Shown here piece by piece: positions 25,246 to 32,000 of a stretch of DNA of 32,000 nucleotides; the first letter of the stretch is position 1; every line of letters begins with the position of its first letter. Below the pieces are notes generated by a model, which made no database searches, was not told where the DNA came from, and saw only the letters and a list, made by a program, of their open reading frames with translations. The position numbers and the translations under genes are program-made. This stretch comes from an uncultured Opitutales bacterium (GTDB lineage Bacteria > Verrucomicrobiota > Verrucomicrobiia > Opitutales > Intestinicryptomonadaceae), in assembly GCA_934613415.1 (NCBI GenBank), contig CAKTSY010000003.1, forward strand, positions 150,001 to 182,000, written 5' to 3'.

Positions 25246-26352
25246 CTACAAGCTTTCGGTTAAATCGAGCAGGTCTTTTAAAAAATATACTGTTTTTGCG
25301 CGCCCTGCCCCCTTTTCGTATACTGATATAATTTTCCTATCTATCAATTTTTGAAAAATGTTATACATTGTAGCTTTTGATGGATTGCTGGAAACTTTTA
25401 GCGACGATTGCGTAAACATAGGGCTTGCAACCATTGCGTCTAGCAACGGCACTGCGTGCTGCGACGAAGTTGCCTCTATTATCGAAATCTTGGTCTTTTC
25501 GTAATAGGCTATTATGTCTTTGGCAATTTTATAGTTTTTGTCGGCCTGCCATTTTATCGCACCCAAGAAAAACTCTATCCACTGTGTCCAGTTGCCGCAA
25601 TCGGTTATGTTGCGCAAAGAGTCTTTATATGCCATTTCGTTCTTATCCAAATACTGGCTTATGTATAGCGACGGCGTTGCAATAATATTTTTCTTATATA
25701 AAAACAGCGGAACAAGCATTCTGCCCAACCTGCCGTTTCCGTCGCAAAAGGGGTGTATTATCTCGAATTGCGCGTGCAAAACGGCGGTTTGTGCCAAAAC
25801 GTCTTTATCGTTTATGCTAAGGTAATCTATAAAATTATCCATATATTCGGGCACAATAAGAGTGTCGGGCGGAACATAGCGCGCGTTTTCTATACCGCCG
25901 CTTTTCGAGCCTATGTAGTTTTGAATTTCCCTTATTTGCCCCGGGTTTTTGGATTTGCCGCGAACGCCGTCTAGTAAAATCGTGTGCAACCCCTTTATTA
26001 ACGAAAGCGAAATCTCGCGGTTTTCCAGCGATTCGGCTCCAGATGTAAGAGCTTTTTTATAGTTCAAAACTTCGTTAATATCGTCTTTTTTTTCGTCCGA
26101 ATCTTCGCCAATGTTCGCCTGATATTTTAAAATGTCTATAGTGTCGGCTTGCGTTCCCTCTATTTTGCTAGACAACACAGCCTCGTTATCGACAAGCGGC
26201 GAAAGCAATAAGTTGGGGTTTGGCATTACGTTTAAAATGCCGTTAAAATTCGACACTGCCCTATTAGCCTCGCCCATTTTCGGCACAAGACTAGTCCAAT
26301 CTATACAGTTTAATGGAAGTTTTTGCGGAATATACGGTTTCATTGTGTCCAT
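25246..26352 (-). CDS. fic: Fic-family protein (AMPylase-type), class II with an intramolecular inhibitory motif
   Basis: Fic active-site motif HPFCDGNGRLGR (25720-25755) and an N-terminal inhibitory-helix motif S-S-K-I-E-G (26155-26172) fitting [ST]xxxE[GN]. About 368 aa. The track start 26406 is a GTG inside the repeat array. ATGs at 26352 (MDTMKPY) or 26343 (MKPY) are more plausible. Confidence 0.9.
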   Translation of the reverse strand: MDTMKPYIPQKLPLNCIDWTSLVPKMGEANRAVSNFNGILNVMPNPNLLLSPLVDNEAVLSSKIEGTQADTIDILKYQANIGEDSDEKKDDINEVLNYKKALTSGAESLENREISLSLIKGLHTILLDGVRGKSKNPGQIREIQNYIGSKSGGIENARYVPPDTLIVPEYMDNFIDYLSINDKDVLAQTAVLHAQFEIIHPFCDGNGRLGRMLVPLFLYKKNIIATPSLYISQYLDKNEMAYKDSLRNITDCGNWTQWIEFFLGAIKWQADKNYKIAKDIIAYYEKTKISIIEATSSQHAVPLLDAMVASPMFTQSSLKVSSNPSKATMYNIFQKLIDRKIISVYEKGAGRAKTVYFLKDLLDLTESL

Positions 26353-26373
26353 AATATACAACAATCGTAAGTT

Positions 26374-26591
26374 TTGTGTCAAGCAAAAGGCTGTTTGGTT
26401 AGACACAACGGGCTTTGTGTTTATCGAAACGACATTTTATTAGACACAACTGGCTTTGTGTCTAATAGAATAAACGCTAGCAAATTTGTGTCTAACGAAA
26501 GTGCATTTGGTTAGACACAAAATAGTTTGTGTCTAATCTGTTAGACGCTACAGGCTTTGTGTCTAACGAACTCGGGTTTGGTTAGACACAA
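26374..26591. repeat. Phased array of 12 TTAGACACAA / TTGTGTCTAA half-sites, including a 71-bp tandem duplication
   Basis: F = TTAGACACAA at 26399, 26440, 26511, 26541 (ttagacGcTa) and 26582. R = TTGTGTCTAA at 26374 (ttgtgtcAaG), 26415 (ttgtgtTtaT), 26456, 26486, 26527 and 26557, plus a weak ttgtgtcc at 26344. There are four F-N6-R palindromes: 26399-26424, 26440-26465 (perfect), 26511-26536 (perfect) and 26541-26566. There are three R-N15-F units whose spacers end in TTTGG. Segments 26440-26510 and 26511-26581 are colinear 71-bp copies. Same-orientation spacing alternates between 41 and 30 bp. Confidence 0.9.
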
Positions 26592-26648
26592 AACAAAACT
26601 TATAAAACTTAAAGCGTTTAAAAACTCAAAAAAAAGCCAACAGGAAGG

Positions 26649-27755
26649 CTAAAGCAATTCTTTTACTGCCTCTTCGCCGCCCGAATGCATAATATTGTAG
26701 ATGCAGTTTCTTAACACGCGCATTCTGTGGCGGTTGTCTAGCGATTTTATAAGCTCTACGCTGGCAGTGCCGTCGCCTGCCATTGCAAATGCGGTTGCCG
26801 CATACATAACATAGTTTACCCTGTCGCGCTTTGTGTCTAAAAACTGCTTTTCGCTTAGCGAAAGCGTTTTGTAGTGCTCATACAAAGCAGCATTTCCGTT
26901 TGTCTTTGCAACAAAAGCATATAAGGGGAAAGACGCATTATACCAATTTTTGCCCTTTTGCGATACCTGAAAAACCCAAACCGCTTTTATAGCCTTTTCC
27001 TCCGACCTTTTTATATCTTCGGGGCTGTCGCTTTTTGGAAAAAAGTCGTAAAACCAAAACAGACACCAAAACATTACCCTTGTTTCCTTGTCCCAAGTAG
27101 CGCGGTTTTTAACCCAACTTTTCCTTAAATAATCCATAAGCGGCTTATTTTTTGTCTGCCAATAAAGCTCTAGAAGTCTTTCGTTAGACCAGTTGGATTT
27201 CCTAAGCAGGTTTGAAAAAGCTTCAAAATTGTTTGTGTCGGCCAAAATGCGCATAACTTGGGCGGTTTGGCGCATCGACACCATATTTTGGCAGGCATCT
27301 ACCGCTTTTTGCGCAAAAATATTTCTTTTTTCAATGTTGCCATTTCCCGCATATATTGCCGAAAGCTTTGCGTATATTAAAGCGGCATAGCCTTTGTTTT
27401 TAAGGAAATTAGCCCTGGAAGCGCAAACTGCAAGCGATGCATTTTTATTTTTTAAGTCGTAATCTATAAGCAAATAGCGGTATAGCGACTGGTTGTAGTC
27501 GCCCTCTTGCACGGTTTGCGGCAAGCCCTTAATTTGCCTTAGATATTTTTGGGCAGCCCTTGCAACTTTTTGGTTATATTCGCCCCTAATTTGCACCAAA
27601 CAATGCTCCAACTCGGGCAAATTTTCGGTTTCGGCGTAATATATGCACATTTGCGCGAGCACGTTGTCTTTGTCGGGACTATACGATTTTTTTATATCTA
27701 GCCAAACTAGCAAAGCAAACAAGCAACATGCAACAAGCAATAGTTTTTTAAGCAT
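26649..27755 (-). CDS. Membrane-anchored all-alpha hypothetical protein, translationally coupled to the Wzy_C-like gene
   Basis: ATG at 27755 overlaps the upstream stop (27748-27750) in ATGCTTAA. N-terminal anchor MLKKLLLVACCLFALLVWL, with the rest predicted helical and carrying no motif I recognise. The track extension to 27863 would overlap the upstream gene by more than 100 nt and encodes C/W/R-rich junk. Confidence 0.7.
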   Translation of the reverse strand: MLKKLLLVACCLFALLVWLDIKKSYSPDKDNVLAQMCIYYAETENLPELEHCLVQIRGEYNQKVARAAQKYLRQIKGLPQTVQEGDYNQSLYRYLLIDYDLKNKNASLAVCASRANFLKNKGYAALIYAKLSAIYAGNGNIEKRNIFAQKAVDACQNMVSMRQTAQVMRILADTNNFEAFSNLLRKSNWSNERLLELYWQTKNKPLMDYLRKSWVKNRATWDKETRVMFWCLFWFYDFFPKSDSPEDIKRSEEKAIKAVWVFQVSQKGKNWYNASFPLYAFVAKTNGNAALYEHYKTLSLSEKQFLDTKRDRVNYVMYAATAFAMAGDGTASVELIKSLDNRHRMRVLRNCIYNIMHSGGEEAVKELL

Positions 27756-29106
27756 TTTTGCCCCCTCTCGAAAGCGAAGTTGCAGCCAGCACCAGCGCAA
27801 CCGCAAAGAAAACCATAACCGGCAAAAAGTGCATGGCAATATCAACACTACAGTGCATAGCACACAGCCCTGCCGACGCCAACAGCATGTAGTTTTCGGC
27901 CTTTAAATTTTTCAGGTTGCCAAAAAGCAAAATCGCATAGGCAACCCCGCTACCGAAAATACCCAATAGTCCCAAAAAGCCAAACTCTATAAAATATTCT
28001 AAAATATCGCTATGCGCCCTTTCGGGAACCGAAATTTTTGCGCCGCCTACTTTAAGCAACTCTTTTTTTGCCTTTACAGGCAGCGCATATTTGCAGCATT
28101 CGCCGCCAACGCCCCACAGCGGGTTTTCGCAAATCAAGGCAATATCTAGTTTATGGAACTGCAACCTGGAAGAAAACGAACCGCTTAACTGCATGCGTTT
28201 TGGTTTTGCGCTTTCGCCCGAAAGGCGGTGCGCCACCTCGTTATAGCCCAAAAAAGCAACGCCCAAAGAGCACATTGCCACAACAAAAGTTGCTGCCGCC
28301 ATATTCATTGCGCGCCTTAAAAAGACATATAGCGCAATAAGTGCAAAAACGGCGCAATTTAGCGCGGCAAATCCCATCGCCCCAAAAGATTCAGATTTAA
28401 ATGCCCCAACCGCACAAACTGCCGCCGCAAATAGAAATAATATACAGCTAAAAATATGCCTTCTTTTTGCGTGGTAAATAAGCAGACTAAAACAAAAGCC
28501 CAGCCCCAAATTTATAAAGGCACCCGAAACATTTGCCACAAACGAGTTTGCGTAAAAGTCCGACGTTGCGGCAAATATGCCGTAAAGCCAATCAAATGCA
28601 AAATGTTTTTCTATTATGCCGTAGGCGGCGCACAAAACCCCGCAAAAGGCGGCAAAATTAAGCACATATAGCGAGTTGCCGCGCTTTTTGCATACGCAAT
28701 ATAAACTTAGCACGGTTAAGAAAACCGTTGTTAATTTGCAAAGGCTTGCCAACGCATTTACGTTTTCGGCGGGCGTTTTTACAGACTTCGGCAAAAATGC
28801 AATGTGGGGCAAATTGTTAAGCAAAAAGTAGCCGTCGGCTATCTCGAATTCGGCGTAGCAGTTGAAATATTGCACAACACAAACGGCCGCGGTATATAGC
28901 GCGCAAAGCGCAATGCGCTTTTCAAACACGCTTGGACCAGTTTTGCCGAAAGCCGCCGGCAAAAACGCCAAAATTGCAGCCAAAAAGCATGGGAACACAA
29001 AAATTTCGCGCGAATTTGGCGCCCAAAATGCGCAAACAAAAAGCGAAAAAAACAACAAAATAAGGCTTATTTTGTTCTGTGTTGGCGATATTTTGGCGTT
29101 GTCCAT
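27748..29106 (-). CDS. O-antigen ligase / polymerase-like (Wzy_C family) polytopic membrane protein
   Basis: Many hydrophobic segments throughout. Signature loop and helix PERAHSDILEYFIEFGFLGLLGIF, typical of Wzy_C/WaaL/PglL-type proteins. The track start 29118 is a TTG; ATG 29106 (MDNAKISPTQNK) is preferred. Confidence 0.8.
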   Translation of the reverse strand: MDNAKISPTQNKISLILLFFSLFVCAFWAPNSREIFVFPCFLAAILAFLPAAFGKTGPSVFEKRIALCALYTAAVCVVQYFNCYAEFEIADGYFLLNNLPHIAFLPKSVKTPAENVNALASLCKLTTVFLTVLSLYCVCKKRGNSLYVLNFAAFCGVLCAAYGIIEKHFAFDWLYGIFAATSDFYANSFVANVSGAFINLGLGFCFSLLIYHAKRRHIFSCILFLFAAAVCAVGAFKSESFGAMGFAALNCAVFALIALYVFLRRAMNMAAATFVVAMCSLGVAFLGYNEVAHRLSGESAKPKRMQLSGSFSSRLQFHKLDIALICENPLWGVGGECCKYALPVKAKKELLKVGGAKISVPERAHSDILEYFIEFGFLGLLGIFGSGVAYAILLFGNLKNLKAENYMLLASAGLCAMHCSVDIAMHFLPVMVFFAVALVLAATSLSRGGKNA

Positions 29107-29188
29107 AAAATTACACAAAATAGAGAATTTACAGAGCCCCTTTTAGTCAAACAAAAAACAAAATTACAAAGCTAAAAGCATAGTAAAT

Positions 29189-29205
29189 ATGCCATATTAT
29201 GACAT
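29189..29205. promoter_or_regulatory. Imperfect 17-bp palindrome in the divergent promoter region
   Basis: ATGCCATATTATGACAT matches its reverse complement at 14 of 17 positions (ATGnCATAwTATGnCAT). It lies 83 nt from the Wzy_C-like ATG and 153 nt from the paralogue-2 ATG. Confidence 0.3.
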
Positions 29206-29265
29206 TTTTTGCGCACAAAACGCCGCATAATTTATTTGCCTAATTTTTAAGTACTTACACAGTTC

Positions 29266-29278
29266 AAAAAAAAAAAAA
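29266..29278. repeat. A13 homopolymer 80-92 nt upstream of the second PATR-protein gene
   Basis: Counted directly: 13 consecutive A at 29266-29278. A TTGACG hexamer (-35-like) starts 5 nt downstream (29284-29289). Confidence 0.9.
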
Positions 29279-29357
29279 TACCCTTGACGCCGACAGCATA
29301 AATCGTTTATCTCTTGAGCACAAAAACGATAACAGCCAATTGTATCTACTTAAGACT

Positions 29358-32000
29358 ATGAAAAGCATAAAAAATACCCTTATATTGCTGCCAATATTCG
29401 CGGCGTCGGTGGCGGCGGCTACCGATTATGTATACATACAAACAGGAGGAAGCGGCGGCCACACTGCTTGGAATAACGAGGCCTGCTACTACCTTGCTAG
29501 CGACGTTTTAACCGACGGCAAGATAGATATAGAAAAGGTAAAGAACGCAAAACCTGCGGGCATTAGCAAGCCCGCGGCCGACGACAATGTGTTTTTTGGC
29601 ACCTACACGGGATCGCTAAACACAACATCGCCCGAAGTTACCAACGCAAACGGCGACACAGTTTGGCAGATGTACAATACGTTTCACAACAATACGCAAC
29701 CTATTCTTACCGAGAACCTTACGTTTGATTTCGATTACGACCAACTTTTCAGAGGTCAAACCGCGCACAAAGACTATGTAATTTATACAAATACCGCTGA
29801 AACTACAAAGCTTACCGATAAGACACGCAACGCTATAAAGACTGGCGGCACCCTTTCGGTTCTGGGCGGCACTTTGGTTAACATAAACGGTATGAAAAAC
29901 CGCTATTCAAGCGAAAATGTGTTGGAAAACTACGCCAACTATTCGCTGATAGACATAAACAAGCTTTACCTTGAAACAACCGACACTGCTTCCAGCAGCG
30001 CGAAGGCGGGCTTAAGCCTTGGCAACTATATAGAGGAAATCCGCATAGGCGTAAACGAAGTAGACGGCGCATACTCGGCAAGCGGCATTGTTTCGGAACT
30101 TAAAAAGAATACAAAGCTTGTTGTAGGCTCCGACAAATACGAATCCCACACGGGCAACTATGTTGGCGACGTTAACAACGCGGGCGACTTTGTAATTTAT
30201 GGCGGCAATTTCTACGGCGTTGGCACCATAAACAACGCCGCCGACAGCGAAAATATCGGCCAGGTTCGCATTGGCTCGAACGGCTCGGTAAAATCGCTAA
30301 ATGTTGCAGGCGGCACATTGCAATATGGCGGCGCCGAAGTAGACGGCAAAATAACGCTCGACAATGTTGCGTTTAAAACCTCTAGCACAAATACAAAGCT
30401 GAACTTTACGGCCAACAGCTCTATAGACGCCACAACAAACCAGTTTTGGGTAAACTTTGCGCCCACCGCAGGCGGCAACCCCGCTTACGACGGCGTAAAG
30501 ACAGCCGACGTAAATATGCTTGGCGTATACAATCTAAAGGGCACTGGCGAATATGGCGACCTTTACAATAACGGCCGCTCCATTCAACAAGTGCTTATTG
30601 CCGGCAACAACATTGCCATAAACGAAATTAACTTCCTGGGTAATTTCAATATGACAAAGGCCACTATCGACTACGGCAACATGATTTCGGCAAACAACAG
30701 CCTGAACATAAACAAGCTTTCTATTACATCGGACAGCTACACCGTAGGCACGCAATACCTCTTGGTAAGGTCGGCAAACGAAATGAACATTGGCTCGCTC
30801 GACTTTATTGGGGCAAAAAGCGCAGCCGAAGCCACAAGTAATGTAAACTACATTCGCATATTCAACTGGTTTAACGGCGTAACGGCAAAGATAGGCAATA
30901 TCAACGTTACTGGCTACTCTAACAATGCCGACTTGATAGGGTTTCACAGCACTTCCAGTTTGGAAATCGGCAACTTGAATATAGAAAGAACGTTTAGAAT
31001 AGACCATGAACAAAACCCGAACATAAGTAGTTACCAGGGCACAGAAGCTACCATCGGCAACATACAAAGCAGCCTTATAAGCAATTCGGGCTATTCTAAT
31101 TGGTACTTAAGGTCGTTAACCGTTACGGGCGATGCCGCGTTTTCGAACGCCACTGGCAAAGAGCACTATACAATGATTAGATTGTTCAAGAATGCCGATT
31201 TCCAAGGCACGCTTACAGTTGGCGGCGAAAGCGACACCGCCACAACCTTTGTATTATTCGAAAATAAAACCTATGTAAAAGACAGCAAAACAGGCGAAGT
31301 TATAGACGAACGCCAAACCCACACATTCAACAACGTTGTGGTAAACCAAAAGGGCATAGTTTACTTTTCGGGCAATAGAGCCGACGACAACGGTTTCGAT
31401 ACAACTGTAAATTCGCTGACATCAAAAGGCAATGTCCGCTTTGGTTGCGGCACTAATGTAGACACCATCGCAAAAATCGGCACACTTAACGGCATAGGCG
31501 GCACTTTGGGTGCCTACGGCGAAGTTGGCCGCGGGTTAACACTTGTTTTGGGTACCGATACTGCGGGAACAAGCATATACTACGGCACTGTTTTCGACAA
31601 TACTCACGAAAACGACGTTGTAAGCATTGTTAAAAACGGCGCGAACCGCCAAATTTTGGCAGGCGCAGACAACAACATTAAGGGCACAATTACCGTAAAC
31701 GAAGGCGTATTGGGCTTTGCTTCTAAATCGAAAGTTGCAAGCGTTAACCTAAACGGCGGCGAATTTGCAAGCTGGAACAGCTCTTCGGCAGGCGATCTTA
31801 GCATTGGCACGCTTAATATGAACGGAGGCAAATTGCACTTCGATTTTAACACGGGGCTAAACTCGGCGTTGTCTTTGGCAAAAAACAGCGACTTGATTGG
31901 CAGCATATTGTCTAGCGACTTTACATTTGCCAACATTGTAGCCGATACTTCATACATACTCTTTAGCTTTGAAGACGGCTCTATGAACAGCTACCTGCAG
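29358..32000 (+). CDS. Second PATR-type beta-helical surface protein, paralogue of 9552..12671; 3' end beyond the window
   Basis: It is absent from the ORF track because no stop is reached. My manual translation from ATG 29358 runs 881 codons to nt 32000 without a stop. Signal peptide MKSIKNTLILLPIFAASVAAA. PATR-like SIVKNGANRQILAGADNNIKGTITVNEGVLGFAS. Several motifs are colinear with the 1039-aa protein. Confidence 0.85.
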   Translation, partial: MKSIKNTLILLPIFAASVAAATDYVYIQTGGSGGHTAWNNEACYYLASDVLTDGKIDIEKVKNAKPAGISKPAADDNVFFGTYTGSLNTTSPEVTNANGDTVWQMYNTFHNNTQPILTENLTFDFDYDQLFRGQTAHKDYVIYTNTAETTKLTDKTRNAIKTGGTLSVLGGTLVNINGMKNRYSSENVLENYANYSLIDINKLYLETTDTASSSAKAGLSLGNYIEEIRIGVNEVDGAYSASGIVSELKKNTKLVVGSDKYESHTGNYVGDVNNAGDFVIYGGNFYGVGTINNAADSENIGQVRIGSNGSVKSLNVAGGTLQYGGAEVDGKITLDNVAFKTSSTNTKLNFTANSSIDATTNQFWVNFAPTAGGNPAYDGVKTADVNMLGVYNLKGTGEYGDLYNNGRSIQQVLIAGNNIAINEINFLGNFNMTKATIDYGNMISANNSLNINKLSITSDSYTVGTQYLLVRSANEMNIGSLDFIGAKSAAEATSNVNYIRIFNWFNGVTAKIGNINVTGYSNNADLIGFHSTSSLEIGNLNIERTFRIDHEQNPNISSYQGTEATIGNIQSSLISNSGYSNWYLRSLTVTGDAAFSNATGKEHYTMIRLFKNADFQGTLTVGGESDTATTFVLFENKTYVKDSKTGEVIDERQTHTFNNVVVNQKGIVYFSGNRADDNGFDTTVNSLTSKGNVRFGCGTNVDTIAKIGTLNGIGGTLGAYGEVGRGLTLVLGTDTAGTSIYYGTVFDNTHENDVVSIVKNGANRQILAGADNNIKGTITVNEGVLGFASKSKVASVNLNGGEFASWNSSSAGDLSIGTLNMNGGKLHFDFNTGLNSALSLAKNSDLIGSILSSDFTFANIVADTSYILFSFEDGSMNSYLQ

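Noticed and set aside
26374-26591. CRISPR array hypothesis for the TTAGACACAA repeats
   Set aside because: The repeat unit is only 10 bp and occurs in both orientations. Spacers of 6, 15 or 20 nt are partly conserved, and no cas genes are present. It fits an operator array, an iteron set or a REP-like element instead.
27756-27863. 5' extension of ORF 26649..27863
   Set aside because: It would overlap the Wzy_C-like gene by more than 100 nt and encodes MLCTVVLILPCTFCRLWFSLRLRWCW-type junk. ATG 27755 gives a clean membrane anchor and an ATGCTTAA stop/start overlap.
12672-29357. Interpretation of the segment between the two paralogues as a mobile genomic island
   Set aside because: No integrase, transposase, tRNA attachment site or flanking direct repeats are visible, and it contains core genes (folA, rsmB-like, greA-like).
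30212-31957. Minus-strand ORFs 30212..30478, 30534..31067 and 31604..31957
   Set aside because: They are antisense to the open 881-codon frame of PATR paralogue 2, whose paralogy to the 1039-aa protein supports the plus-strand frame.

Overview
All calls come from reading the ORF translations and the DNA by eye; no searches were run. The gene content suggests a PVC-superphylum bacterium (Verrucomicrobiota, Lentisphaerota or Kiritimatiellota type). That is inference only, based on PEP-CTERM/PATR surface proteins, a giant pseudopilin-like protein and a Chlamydia/spirochaete-style long GreA. The region 1-9.3 kb is ordinary housekeeping: the 3' part of prc (+), then on the minus strand ispH followed by a tightly packed arginine operon, argC-argJ-argB-argD-argF-argG. 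The region 9.5-32 kb mixes housekeeping genes (folA, rsmB-like, greA-like) with accessory or envelope genes. The accessory genes are: two divergently oriented paralogous beta-helical surface proteins (one with a clear PEP-CTERM anchor, the other running off the window); an AAA+ ATPase with a PD-(D/E)xK-like tail; a 1890-aa stand-alone protein with a GspK-like pseudopilin N-terminus; a small protein with a histone-H1-like tail and a CBM20-like domain; a class II Fic protein; and an O-antigen-ligase-like (Wzy_C) gene translationally coupled to an unknown helical membrane protein. I saw no rRNA, tRNA, CRISPR, transposase or integrase. The items most worth a second look are: (1) the orphan giant pseudopilin-like gene; (2) a ~220-bp phased array of 12 TTAGACACAA/TTGTGTCTAA half-sites directly upstream of fic; (3) matching 12-13 nt A/T homopolymers upstream of both surface-protein paralogues; (4) the H1-tail/CBM20-like chimera; (5) the Wzy_C pair next to a PATR paralogue. 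The ORF track uses GTG/TTG starts and over-extends several genes; I corrected starts where an ATG and conserved N-terminus were evident.
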